Positions 53,045-64,000 of a stretch of 64,000 bases of DNA are shown in pieces. This DNA is from Ramazzottius varieornatus (lineage: Eukaryota > Animalia > Tardigrada), in the NCBI GenBank assembly GCA_001949185.1, contig BDGG01000004.1:2133620-2197619 (forward strand), written 5' to 3'. The notes below the pieces were generated by a model. That model saw only the letters and a list, made by a program, of their open reading frames with translations. It was not told the origin of the DNA and searched no databases. Made by a program: the position numbers and the translations under genes. Each line of letters begins with the position of its first letter. Positions within the stretch are counted from its first letter, which is position 1.

Positions 53045-53819
53045 TTATTTGTCTTTCCACGCTGTTTTCTTGGAGTATGTCCGCACGAATGCTATGGCCT
53101 TTACGCGACTGCCGCTCCTGCCTGCTTCTGCCTTGATGAGAAACTTTTTGGTTTTCTTCGTTGGTAGACCGAGATCGTCGTTTCCGCATTCTTCGCCTTC
53201 TAGGGGTGGGACATCATCTTCGTCTAACGCCGTGGCTTCTGCCTCGAAGCAGTTCTCCAGGTGCTTGACGAGTAGATTATTTCGATCGTCGGGCAGTTCT
53301 GGGTAACCCTTCCGCTGCTGGCCGGTCATGAGGTTCGTCATGGCAGTATTGATGTAGTTGACGAAGTCTTTCTTGGGAATAGTTCCCTGGTCCATGAGGA
53401 ACTCGTCTTCCAGGAAAACTGGAAAACGAGCATCAAGGTGAGATTGTAGGGCTTTCATTGTTGGACAGGAAGATAAAGGCCTTGGTGAAAGACAATGGCC
53501 ACCAGATGGGANNNNNNNNNNNNNNNNNNNNNNNNNNNNNNNNNNNNNNNNNNNNNNNNNNTCTTTCACCAAGGCCATTCTCTACGTTTCCCTTACTTTC
53601 AACATCGTGTCGATGAGTTGGGTTCAGTGTAGGTTGATCAGCTGGGATGACCAACTCGTCAACTGACTCTTCCAGAGGAATACCTTCCAGATCAGGCGTG
53701 ACACGCTGGCTTCGAACGCTCTCAGCATGTCGTAGTCCTTTCTCAGCCGCTCTCTTCAGCCTCTTCCTCACGGTATCTGGTTTCGGATCATCAACAACGG
53801 TGAATCTTTTGGGCGTCAT
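53045..53819 (-). CDS. Orphan basic/acidic protein (~250 aa) interrupted by an assembly gap
   Basis: Protein-like open frames on both sides of the 50-N gap (MTPKRFTVVDD... and ...PKKDFVNYINTAMTNLM...AWKDK*). A short upstream 5'UTR intron (tag|gtgagt ~53877 to ccctcag ~53835) supports transcription. No recognisable homolog. Confidence 0.5.
53512..53561. other. Assembly gap (50 N) flanked by a 15-bp inverted repeat
   Basis: GGCCTTGGTGAAAGA at 53478-53492 and TCTTTCACCAAGGCC at 53562-53576. Confidence 0.9.
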
Positions 53820-54939
53820 CTTCGCATAGAAAATCTGAGGGAGAAAAAGGAAGCAGTTTAAAACAAAAGTAACTCACCTAGTCAAGGCTACAAACAGGAG
53901 TATCAATCAAACATAAGCGTGCGACGTAGCCAATCAACCAGATAGCAGCAAAGGACAATCAAACGAAGGCCAACTGACGGATACCTGACGTAAGCCGATA
54001 CGTCATGGCACATTGACACGTCATGGCGGTGGGGCGTGATTAAGAACCCCAAGGCTGAATGCTGATTGGGTGCTTCAGTGGTGAATCCTGTGCCACCAGG
54101 CAAACAAATCCTCCGTGATGACGGCACATGTTTCACGTGACTGATAGCAATCACTAATCAAACCTTCTCAAATGCTGAAACAAAAACTCCTGCAGGAATA
54201 AATGCTTAATCCTTGAGAAATGCTCAACCAACGTGAATCCTTTTTCACCTTGTGCTCAGCATTCCTCGGGGATTCTGAGCATTCATTTGGAGATTGCCGA
54301 CGACCCCATAACCCATGGGTTCTGAAGACTTTTGAGTCAGTATCCTGGCAGGCTGGCACTGTCTTTCAACTGGCAGCGAGTAAGAAAGTTACTTGCGATC
54401 CAGAGGTTGAGACTCGCATTGTTGAGTTTAGTAAGTCGGATTAGCACAGTGGCCACCCAATCAGATCAGACGATGGAGGCGGACATGAACGCACTGAACC
54501 AACTATGCTATGCAAATTCCTGATCGGTGCTTAGCGCTTGCAGCCCACTAAGCCCTGTTCAGTTAAAGAGTGGTTAGCGGCCTGGTCATGTTCCACCGTG
54601 GGCATTGACTACAATGTAGCAGCCATGATCCAACTTGAATCCGTGAACTTTACCTGTCGTCTACTTTACGGCATCTTTTGACTTTTTCCGACTGGCAAGT
54701 TTCGAATTTCTACCTCACAGTCGCAGACTCACTGGAAATTTCCTTTTGCTTGTTGTCACGATCGTTTCATCGACCCAGCCACAGTAGACAACTCGTACAT
54801 GAAACGCAGAGCCATAGCAGACTAGAAACCCAGCTCGGAATTCGACCCCGCGTTGAAGAAAACGTGGCTAGCAGCTTTGGACATGATTCGCAACCAGAGT
54901 TCGGAAGACAAAAGCGCTTTCGTTTGGGATGTAGAATAT

Positions 54940-55270
54940 AGCGTCAAGACTACAGCTGAAACTGCAGTTTCCAAAATACTCCAGTCTGCGATTAAAACTA
55001 CAGTTAAACCCACCGTTGATGTCAGCGTACTGGACGTGCGCGCAAAGCTACTGTTGACGGTGCCGTTAAATGTGGCTTTGTAAGAGCTGCTCATCTATAC
55101 GACTGTAGGTTCAACTGTGGCGTTGGCTATTTTCTTCATTTTCTATGAACTGTAGCTTTTAACTGTAGCTCTGTTTCCGCAACCTTTTAGTAGTTCGACT
55201 TCTCACACTCTGACTTTAATTGTAGCTTTGTGTACAGAGCTTTAACTGCCTCTTTAACCGCTGGTTCGCG
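54940..55270. repeat. Degenerate ~12-bp periodic repeat arranged as a fold-back
   Basis: aactacagtt/aactgcagtt-like units on the left arm and aactgtagct-like units on the right arm, flipping around ~55040. Confidence 0.5.
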
Positions 55271-55422
55271 ACTGCCGTTGTACGTACGTTGCACTACGCT
55301 AATCCGAGCCTGGCATAACGGGTCGCAACCTCTGCGTGTTTGGTGTAGCTGGTGGGCGGAGTCTGATTGCTGTGCTGATTCAAAACAGTAAACTAATCCA
55401 GGCAAGTATCAACCTGACAAAC

Positions 55423-56485
55423 GATAAACTAAATCGGCGAAATAAAATCCTGGAAGACGCCACAGGAAGCGGAAGTGACGTCAAATTCTTACATCGACAT
55501 GACATGACCAACTGTACTAGAACAGTCTAAAATTTCACAGAACTCATGGAAGATAGATTTTACAGAGGTGATACTGATCGTAGAAGTGATGGAAGCAGAG
55601 AGGAGCTTCGCACCAGCCGCACTTAAGCAAAAGCCGGTCGTCGCAGTTTTCATGGTCGCAATGACCAGTCAACTTCTTGGGGAAAGAGAATTCGGTAGGA
55701 TTTACATAGTCAAAGGACTCGTTTCTTCGTAGCGACATTCCTCCAGAAATCGACGGAGCGTTTCTTGTAGTCGAGGGTGACTGCGTTACTTGGCGGCTGT
55801 TTTGTGTTCGGTATTCGCGGGACATAGAATCCGTTGGACGATGTTTCCGTTCCACTGGAGAGAGGCTCGACGACTTTATCTTCTTGGCAAGGATTTTCGT
55901 CGGGTTCAGCCAGCTGATTAGACGCAGCAACCAACTTCTCGAACTCGTCGAAAGTCTACATGTCTGTTTGCAGTTCATATTGCAGGTCTTCTTCAAGTGC
56001 CAACGAAGAACTACCTGCTCATTTGATTTTAACATCCAGAAATTCTGAAACAGAAACAGAAAGGTGAAATATCTCATATCAATGTCAGCCATAGTAAACG
56101 GCAACAGTACAATACCTTTGACGAGTTCTTTTAACTGCTTATCAGCCTCGCTCGGTTGTCCATCCAGTTGGAAGAGCTGCTTGTAGTCTTCCTCCAGAAG
56201 CTTCAACACATTCATCGGATTAACGGAATCCATTTCGGGCGACAGTGGAAATCACGCAGTAACGGAACGATGAATGTAAGAGCAATGAAGCAACCGGCAC
56301 AGCAAAACTGATGGCGCTTGGCTTAGCGTAGAGTACAAGCGCAACTGGTTCAATCAATATCAAATCAACCATCAGGCAATCAAATCAGTTGATTTGCTGT
56401 CACACTGGTGATCCGCCCTGAATTTGATGTTACTTCCGCTTCCTGTGGCGTCTTCCAGGATTTTATTTCGTCGATTTAGTTTATC
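55423..56485 (-). mobile_element. Internally deleted pogo/Tc1-mariner-like DNA transposon with 66-bp inverted repeats and a pseudogenised transposase
   Basis: IRs at 55423-55488 and 56420-56485 (63/66 identical). The spliced frame gives an N-terminal region with two stops, ending LDYKKRSVDFWRN..KKR, which jumps directly to a C-terminal YVNPTEFSF...C..C...CGWC...LCFHHF...HLC module; no DDE core remains. The family call is from recall of similar transposase termini. Confidence 0.75.
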
Positions 56486-57297
56486 TCAGTTTGTGGAGCA
56501 AACTCTGCTCTATCATGCTATCATATTGGTTTGAGGATCAGAGTGGACAGACTGGCGTTAATCCCTTGTAAGAAACTTACCTGTATCGCGAATAACTGGG
56601 GAAGTGTACGCACCCCATATAAGCCGCGCTGCGTAGAAAAAGAGAGGGGTACAGAGAAAACAGCAGTAGGAAATAAGTGGGGAGCCTTACTTTCTATTCC
56701 CCCGTAGACATTCGTATACGAAAGTAGACAAAAGTTCCTTTCGATTAAATTTCTCCAGACTGATACCGATATTAGAACGGGAGCGACGTGCACATGAATC
56801 CATTGTTTCATTGAGCGGCGCTCTGTTCTCTTTCCCATGTTCCCAAGTTAGCTAACCGAGGCCAGAGAGTTTCACGGCCTGTCCCCTGTAGAGCGGTATT
56901 GGTTCAACAGTGTATCCGGAGACTCCTTCTACTGGTGCAACAGCACGCCAGAATCGCAATCTCGTTGTCGAAGCACTTAGTGGAAAAATGTCTTTTGCAT
57001 ACGGCCATACTCCATACGCAATAGCTGGCAATATACTGTTCGTTGAAAGAAGTGCGATCTTCCGCAGGGTTAAACTACCCCTGCACTTCATCTATTCCTC
57101 ACCTTGGTTCGTGTCGGGAAGAAACAGAAGGATGATGAGTTTATGACTGTTGCAACTGTGACCGTCCGTCCGCTTCCTGTAGTTCTGCTGACTCCAAAGA
57201 CCGCAGTTGGCAGTGGAAGTTATTTTCTTCTAGCCGTATCCGGATTGTTCGTCCACTTCAGCATCCGATCTGGTTTGCTCCGCCAAGACGAAAGAAG

Positions 57298-60241
57298 ATG
57301 GCAGATACCAGAGCACCTAAGGGGAAGGTACCCCGAGTTGGCCAGGTAGGGGATATGAATATACTTTATCCTGTTGACTCCTTTGATTGAACTCCATTGC
57401 CATCATATAATTATGTTTTGTGCGCGTACATGTGGGTGAGATCATGAAATGGATCTGTGATTGTTATGCCTACGTTATAGGTGAAGAACAAGACACCCGC
57501 CGAAGTGCAGATTACTGCCGAACAACTTCTTCGAGAAGCTAAAGAACGTCAGCTCGAAACTGTTCCGATCGTAAGTTGATGGTCGCTTTTACATATACAT
57601 ACTAGGTATTTTGTTCCACCTTATACCACTTAGCAAAACTGTGGGCGTACGACGAATACGGACTAACTGCGGTTTATGCATATAGCCACCTAAGCAGAAG
57701 ATATCTGATCCAGTAGAGTTAGCAGATTTCCAGCTACGTAAACGTAAAGACTTCGAAGATGGCATCCGAAGGAACAGGAACAATATGGCAACATGGATGA
57801 AGTACGCAGCATGGGAGGAAAACCAAAAAGACCTGCAAAGGTTCGTGAATCTCATACAAACCCTTTCTCTTTGATCTACCGACTGCGATGAATGAACTTC
57901 TTTAGGGCACGATCCATCTACGAACGAGCACTGGACGTCGACCATCGAAATATCCCGTTGTGGCTGAAGTATGCCGAGATGGAGATGAGGTGAGTTTCGC
58001 ATATACCGCTTTGACAACTCACGAATTCATACGATTCGCGTACTGTTTCCCTGCAGGAATCGACAGGTGAACCACGCACGTAATATTTGGGATCGAGCAG
58101 TCACGATCATGCCAAGAGCTAACCAGTTTTGGTACAAATATACGTATATGGAAGAAATGCTGAACAACATTGCTGGATGCCGGTAAGACTGAAGAGTGCC
58201 ATGTCTGTTGGTCTCCATATAGCTGACTTGGGTTTTGATCTTTTAGCCAAGTTTTCGAACGGTGGATGGAATGGCAGCCGCACGAGCAAGCATGGTTAAG
58301 TTACATCAATATGGAAATGCGGTACAAGGAAGCTGAACGCGCTCGATCTATCTATGAAAGATTTGTCCTGACCCATCCGGAAGTGAAGAACTGGATTCGG
58401 TACGCCCGTTTTGAGGAGCAGAATGGGTTTATTAATGGAGCAAGATCGGTGTTCGAACGCGCTGTCGAATTCTACGGCGAGCAGTTTCTCCAAGAAGAGC
58501 TGTACGTGTCCTTCTCACGTTTTGAGGAACGACAGAAAGAGGTATACTGTGCTCTTTCTGTAAGATGGAAGTTGCTGGTTGAGCTGTGTGCCAATCTAAT
58601 CTTTGTACTGTAGTTCGAACGAGCAAGAACGATATACAAATACGCAATGGACCATCTGCCGAAAGAAAAAGCCGCCGAACTTCTCAAGAGTTACAGCATC
58701 TTCGAGAAGAAACATGGTTCACGACTTGGTATTGAAGATGTTGTCCTGAACAAGCGAAAGTTGCAGTACCAAGATGAGCTGAAGTCTGATCCTATGAACT
58801 ACGACGCGTGGTTCGATTACCTGAAGATCTTGGAGGAGGAAGGTAATGTGGATACTATCCGGGACGAGTACGAGAAAGCCATTTCGAACGTTCCACCTGT
58901 ACAAGAGAAGAGATACTGGCGCCGGTACATCTACTTGTGGATCAAGTATGCCCTCTTCGAGGAGCTTGTGGCTGAATCACCAGAAAGAACTCGACAGATC
59001 TACCAGATGTGCATTAACCAGATACCACACAAGAAGTTCACGTTCGCCAAAGTCTGGCTTCTGGCGGCACAGTTCGAAGTCCGCCAGAAAGCTCTGACCA
59101 GCGCCCGCAAACTCTTGGTAAGTTTAACGACTTGTGCACTCTTTGGTTTTTTATACTAGTAGTAATTGATATTGATTCCTTTTCACAGGGCGTTGCCATC
59201 GGAAAATGCCCAAAAGATAAACTCTTCCGTGGCTATATCGAACTTGAAATTCAGCTAAGAGAGTTCGAGAGATGTCGCTTGCTGTACGAGAAGTTTTTGG
59301 AGTTCGATCCAGCAAATTGCTCCACCTGGATCAAGGTAAGCGTAATATCGTCCCTGATGTAGTTACATATAGACAGCACTGGATTTCTTCTGTTCTAGTA
59401 CGCCGATCTGGAAGGAATATTGGGCGATGTGGACCGAGCACGGGCAATCTACAGTCTAGCCATAAGCCAGCCTCGGCTCGACATGCCGGAAACCCTTTGG
59501 AAGTCCTTCATAAACTTCGAGAAGGAACAAAGAGATTTCGATCGCGCACGACAGCTATATGAAAAGCTCCTGCAAAGAACAAGTCATGTTAAGGTACGAG
59601 AGCGATACCTGGCTATCGTGTTATCATTCTTTTCTAATCGACCAGCTTCCAGTTCTTCTCCCCTGTCTAGGTCTGGATAAGTTTTGCTGAGTTCGAGCTC
59701 GAAGTAGCCGCGAAGCAGAAGGATACAGCTGGAGGTATCACTAGGGCGCGTAACGTTTATCGACGTGCTTTGCGCGCGCTGCAGATAAGCAACTCGGAGA
59801 AGGAAGAACGTGTCATCCTGCTTGACGCGTGGAAAGAATTCGAGGTACTTAGCTTGATATTATTGTCCTGTCGTTGAGTTGCTTAATATGATATCTGATC
59901 TGTAGGCGAATTACGGTGACGAAGAATCGGCTCAGGAAGTCGAGAAGGAAATGCCGAAGAAGGTTAAGAAGCGCCGTAAGATCGAAGCGGAGGACGGCAC
60001 GGAAGCAGGATGGGAGGAATACTTCGACTACATCTTTCCGAGCGATGAGGTCGCTCAGCCCAACCTCAAACTTCTCGCACTGGCTAAGCAGTGGAAAACA
60101 CAGAAGCAAGCCGAACCAGTCAGCGAGGAAGTACCCAGCGACCCAGTCCCCGCAACGAACGATTTTGCGGCAGCTGAAGCCGGCAATCTGCCGCATGCTT
60201 CATCCTACGACGAAGAGCACGATCGAGAAGAGGAATACTGA
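57298..60241 (+). CDS. CRNKL1: Crooked neck-like protein 1 (HAT-repeat NTC splicing factor)
   Basis: [112 protein letters not shown]. Confidence 0.98.
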
Positions 60242-60522
60242 TACTATTAGTTTACTGTTGATATTTTTGGGCAGAATAACTTCGAACACTTTTTTAACAG
60301 CCAGCAGACGTGCGGTCGATCCAAACGCCGTTGTTTTTACAGCAGACCTCAGAACCGTTCTAGTCTGTTAACCGCATGGTTCTGGCTTACTTGTGAGCAA
60401 GAATGTCGTCGAAAGCACCGACCACGAACTCTCCGGGATAGCGCTCAATTGTACTAATTTGCTATAAAAATGAAAACCATCGTGAACACGAAGAGTGATG
60501 TTCTGCAGCACAAACGCTCCGT

Positions 60523-61341
60523 TTATTCAGGTATCTCCTCCGGTAATACTGGATCTTTAGGCGCAGGTCGAACTGATATTCTTGCGGTATCGCGAATTAA
60601 AGGTACTCTCATGTCAAACGCGTCTTCGCTGGGCTCCCCCGAATAATATTCGAGTACCCTCCGGTAAACTGAGTATCCCATTTTCTTGTACATTTCTACA
60701 GCAGTATGGTTCGAGACTCTCACGTATAAATCGCAGAAGTAGGCTTTCCGTCTACAAAAAGTGCGATCAGGGCTGAGGACGTGGTACTTTATGCATTAAA
60801 TAACTCGCGTACCTGTTTGATGCCTCTTCGAACCTCCTCATAAGGTCGGAAGCGATCCCGCATCGACGATGAAACATATCCACGCTGAGTGCGGTAATGT
60901 GGCTGTGCCAGTTCATTCCATCACCCTCAACCTTTCCCATAACTGAAAAAGGCGCGTACGTCAGTTCACCAACAAAGCACAGTTCGTCGGAAATGAGCTC
61001 AATTATTTACTATATCCGATTATCAGTCCATTCGGATCGAGAGCGACCAGAAACAGATCCGGCCAGCTCGTCAAATAGTGCAGATAGAATCCAGCATTAT
61101 ACTACGACGAGGAAAGTTTCACACGGTCACATTTCCTCTAAGTTCAGCAATTCGGAAGTACAAACTTACTGTTTCGGTCCAGTAATCAAGATTCCTGTAC
61201 GGAAAACAATAACTCATTTAAGACGGACTAACATCACTCTCGATAATTCGGTGAAGCGGCAGCATACACGAATCCTTACACTCTGGAGATTCCTTTGTTG
61301 ATGATCTCAGCTGGTCGAGCTTCCCGTACAACGAACGCCAT
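60523..61341 (-). CDS. NAA20: N-alpha-acetyltransferase 20 (NatB catalytic subunit) homolog
   Basis: Spliced VNLDYWTETYNAGFYLHYLTSWP...GYIMGKVEG...WHSHITALSV...DLYVRVSNHTAVEMYKKMGYSVYRRVLEYYSGEPSEDAFDMR; includes a 25-nt exon near 61171-61195. Confidence 0.9.
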
Positions 61342-61759
61342 GGTAGAAAGACGGATTCTTTGTCAATTCACCGGTCCACCGAGCAAGTGAAGACATCTTT
61401 GGTCTTTCTCCCGCTGGCTGAGAAATTTTAACTTCCGGTGAGTCCGTAAATCAAGGCTTTGATTTGAAGCCTTGAGGGCGGCGGGCGGGGTGTGCTGACG
61501 TCAGCTCGATAGCCATTTGTCTGATTGAAGAAGCATTATTGATTGACTGCAACAACAGAAAGAGATCTCGAGTTCACGATTTTTCCTTCAAACTCCTTCG
61601 AAGTTCGAAATCCTTATTCCTTTACTCGTTCTCTTCTGAATCTTCTCGCCCCTGCAGTTCGGACGGGTTGCAGCTTCTGGTTTTGGGTTTCGACAGAAAG
61701 ACAGCCCAGTGGGGTTGAGGATATAGTGAACGGACTAGCCTGTTCGTCTTCGGGGGAAG
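61342..61759. promoter_or_regulatory. Putative bidirectional promoter between NAA20 and ZMPSTE24
   Basis: 418 bp between divergent ATGs, containing ACTTCCGG (ETS-like, 61431), a 9-bp IR (61451-61475), two GGGCGG boxes (61476, 61483) and TGACGTCA (61496). Confidence 0.6.
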
Positions 61760-64000
61760 ATGGAGGACGACAGGTTTCTGTTTCCAGAAACGGAGTCTCA
61801 AAGTCAAAAGGCACACGTTGTTTCGAAGTCATATTCCTCCGGATCCTTCTACGGTGCACCATCTACCATCTTCTGGGCATGTCTTGGATTCAGCTGGGTC
61901 GTCTACTTATGGGATCTGTACTTGTCGCTTCGTGAGGTAAGTTCCTTACGTCAATTGCTGTGTAAAGCAGGTGTGACTGTGTCAACTTACGTTAGAGTGC
62001 GTCCAGAGTCCAGACCGGAAGCTGGCCTTTATTGTGGGAATTTATGGTCAGGCGTGTCGCTTCGTCTATATACGACTCCTTATGGCGTGCTTGGAAGGGC
62101 TAAACTCATAGTAATTCTCTCTTCTAGCTTAAAGCGCAGCGGAATGCGAAAAAGATCCCGGTCAGCCTTCAGCAGTCGATAACAAAGGAGGAATTCGAGA
62201 AGAGCCGCGAGTACACTTTGGATAAATCGGTCTTTGGGATGCTGACGGGAGTGGTCAATCAGATCGAAACGACGGTAACTTACATTCTTACGCTTTGAAG
62301 TGCAAAACGTCTGACGGAATATTGGTTTTACGGAAACTGAAGTACAGTATGGTGGCAGCCTAGCAGATGTATCAACTGCTCACGATCAGACACATCCTTG
62401 TGTGGTATCTTGACGGTACCTCGAAAGAATGAAAATTTAACGGAAATTTTTGTTTTCTAGTTGATTCTTCTTTTGAACGGCATGCCATGGTTATGGAAAG
62501 TGAGTGGAGAACTGCAACCGCTTCGCTTTGGGCCATTGGGCACTGAGGTTAGGAATGTAGGAAGTGGCGCTTGGGTCTTCTTGTGTAACCAACGAAAATG
62601 ATTGTTTGGAATTGTAATCTCGGTTTAGATCTGCCAGACTCTGGTCTTCCTCACCCTCTCGCAGGTACCGTGCAAGTTTTATTTTAGGAATTTTCTTCTT
62701 TGAAGTACTGGATTATCAAGCTCCGTTTCTCGGGCAGATATTGGAAACAATCATATCACTGCCTTTTTCGTACTACAAGACCTTTGTAATCGAGGAGCGA
62801 CACGGGATGAACAAACAGGTACCTATCCGTATGAATACGTTTTTGCTAAAGTCCTTCTAACCCTTGTATTTTGTAGACGCTGGGTTATTTCTTCAAGGAC
62901 ATGATCAAAAAGTTTTTTGTCTTCAATGTTGTCATCTCGAACATCGTCGTCCCTCTACTCATCTATGTCATCCATGTGCGTTCTCCAAACTCGACAAATA
63001 CGGATTTAAGGGTTACCAAGCTGTCAGTCAGTTTTGATTCTTTGTTTTTCAGATCGGTGGAGATTATGCCTTTTTTTATGCGTGGTTATTCTGCGTTGTA
63101 GTGTTCCTGGTACGTTATCTCGTATTTTAATGCGTGTATAGTATCGGAGCACTACCACGCCTTTTTCTGTTACAGTTCATCTCCACAATATACCAGGATT
63201 ACATCGCTCCCATCTTCGATACCTACAAACCTGTACCGGAAGGAGAACTCAGGACGAGCATTGAAGCTCTGACAAACAAGCTGAGGTTTCCTCTACACCG
63301 CCTCTACATTGTCGAAGGTTTGCAGTGGTCACTTGCCATGATTAAGCAAGAACAGTACACCATGTTCAAAGTATCTGAGCCCGGCGAGGTTTTATTTACA
63401 GGCTCAAAACGGTCCGCGCATGCAAACGCCTACTTTTTCGGAATGTTCAATAAGAAGACGATCGTTCTGTTCGACACGCTCTTCGGCACCGAGGAGAAAC
63501 CAGTGCAGTCTGCTAAGCCATCAGAAACCGCAACAGATCCGCTGTCAAATAGAGACAGTGAAATCAAAGGGGTTCGTTAGATAAGCTGCGACTCAAGTAG
63601 TTCACATTCCGTGGCACATGCAGCGGTCCCGTAACGGAAAAGTGTGCATGTTCGGGATTACACTTACGAGTACTAACCTCCTTGATGTTTCGTATGTATT
63701 TCAGGACAAGGAGGTGGCGCTAGGGTGCTCGAATCAAGAAATCGTAGCTGTTTTATCGCACGAACTAGGACACTGGTCCTTGGGACATTTTTGGAAGAAT
63801 ATTTTGATCTCCATGGTATGTACCGCTAAACATCAAGTGGTCATCGTCATTCCCATCCGGAATCCTCGAGATCAGAAAACCGAAACACAGAATTTATTTC
63901 AGACTAGTCTCCTGGTATCCTTCTCTGTTTTCGGGTTCCTGTACCGAAATCAGGCGATATTCTCGGCGTTCGGATTCTACAACGAGCAGCCTACGATCAT
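61760..64000 (+). CDS. ZMPSTE24: CAAX prenyl protease 1 (STE24/ZMPSTE24), 3' end beyond the window
   Basis: [85 protein letters not shown] (HEXXH). Confidence 0.96.

Noticed and set aside
53478-53576. Tourist/PIF MITE around the 50-N gap
   Set aside because: A 15-bp IR is present but there is no matching TSD and the interior is missing; it could be an assembly artefact.
57132-57191. C/D snoRNA-like ATGATGA...CTGA upstream of crooked neck
   Set aside because: It lies in a promoter region, has a weak terminal stem and no recognisable guide target.
1-64000. CRISPR arrays, tRNA/rRNA genes, prokaryotic operons or horizontally acquired bacterial genes
   Set aside because: None seen; all identifiable genes are intron-containing animal genes.

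Overview
This is eukaryotic, not prokaryotic, DNA from a very compact animal genome: genes are dense and most introns are 50-80 nt GT-AG. Prospero, egghead and Tuba/DNMBP point to a bilaterian, probably a protostome; a tardigrade-like genome is plausible but is only my inference. Genes in order: CYSTM-like (+), RNA Pol II largest subunit RPB1 (-), MO25/CAB39 (+), Tuba/DNMBP (-), AAGAB (+), egghead (-), iPLA2-beta (+), a divergent eIF4E with a long C-terminal tail (+), ATG2 (-; four DNA-transposon/MITE insertions in its introns), MCFD2 (+), prospero (-; ~10 kb gene-free upstream region), an orphan ORF plus a deleted pogo-like element, crooked neck (+), NAA20 (-) and ZMPSTE24 (+, cut by the window end). 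The most striking unexplained structure is inside RPB1. Its three longest introns share a GUAUGCAG/GU box and several complementary copies, including a 23-nt long-range duplex (17 Watson-Crick + 6 G-U pairs) between introns 2.2 kb apart. Each of these introns has an internal CAG/GU site followed by an in-frame stop. The degenerate CTD is split by seven consecutive phase-2 introns into in-frame-skippable modules. Together these suggest a candidate RNA-structure-based splicing/autoregulation system for Pol II; this is a hypothesis and is not demonstrated. All exon boundaries were read by eye.
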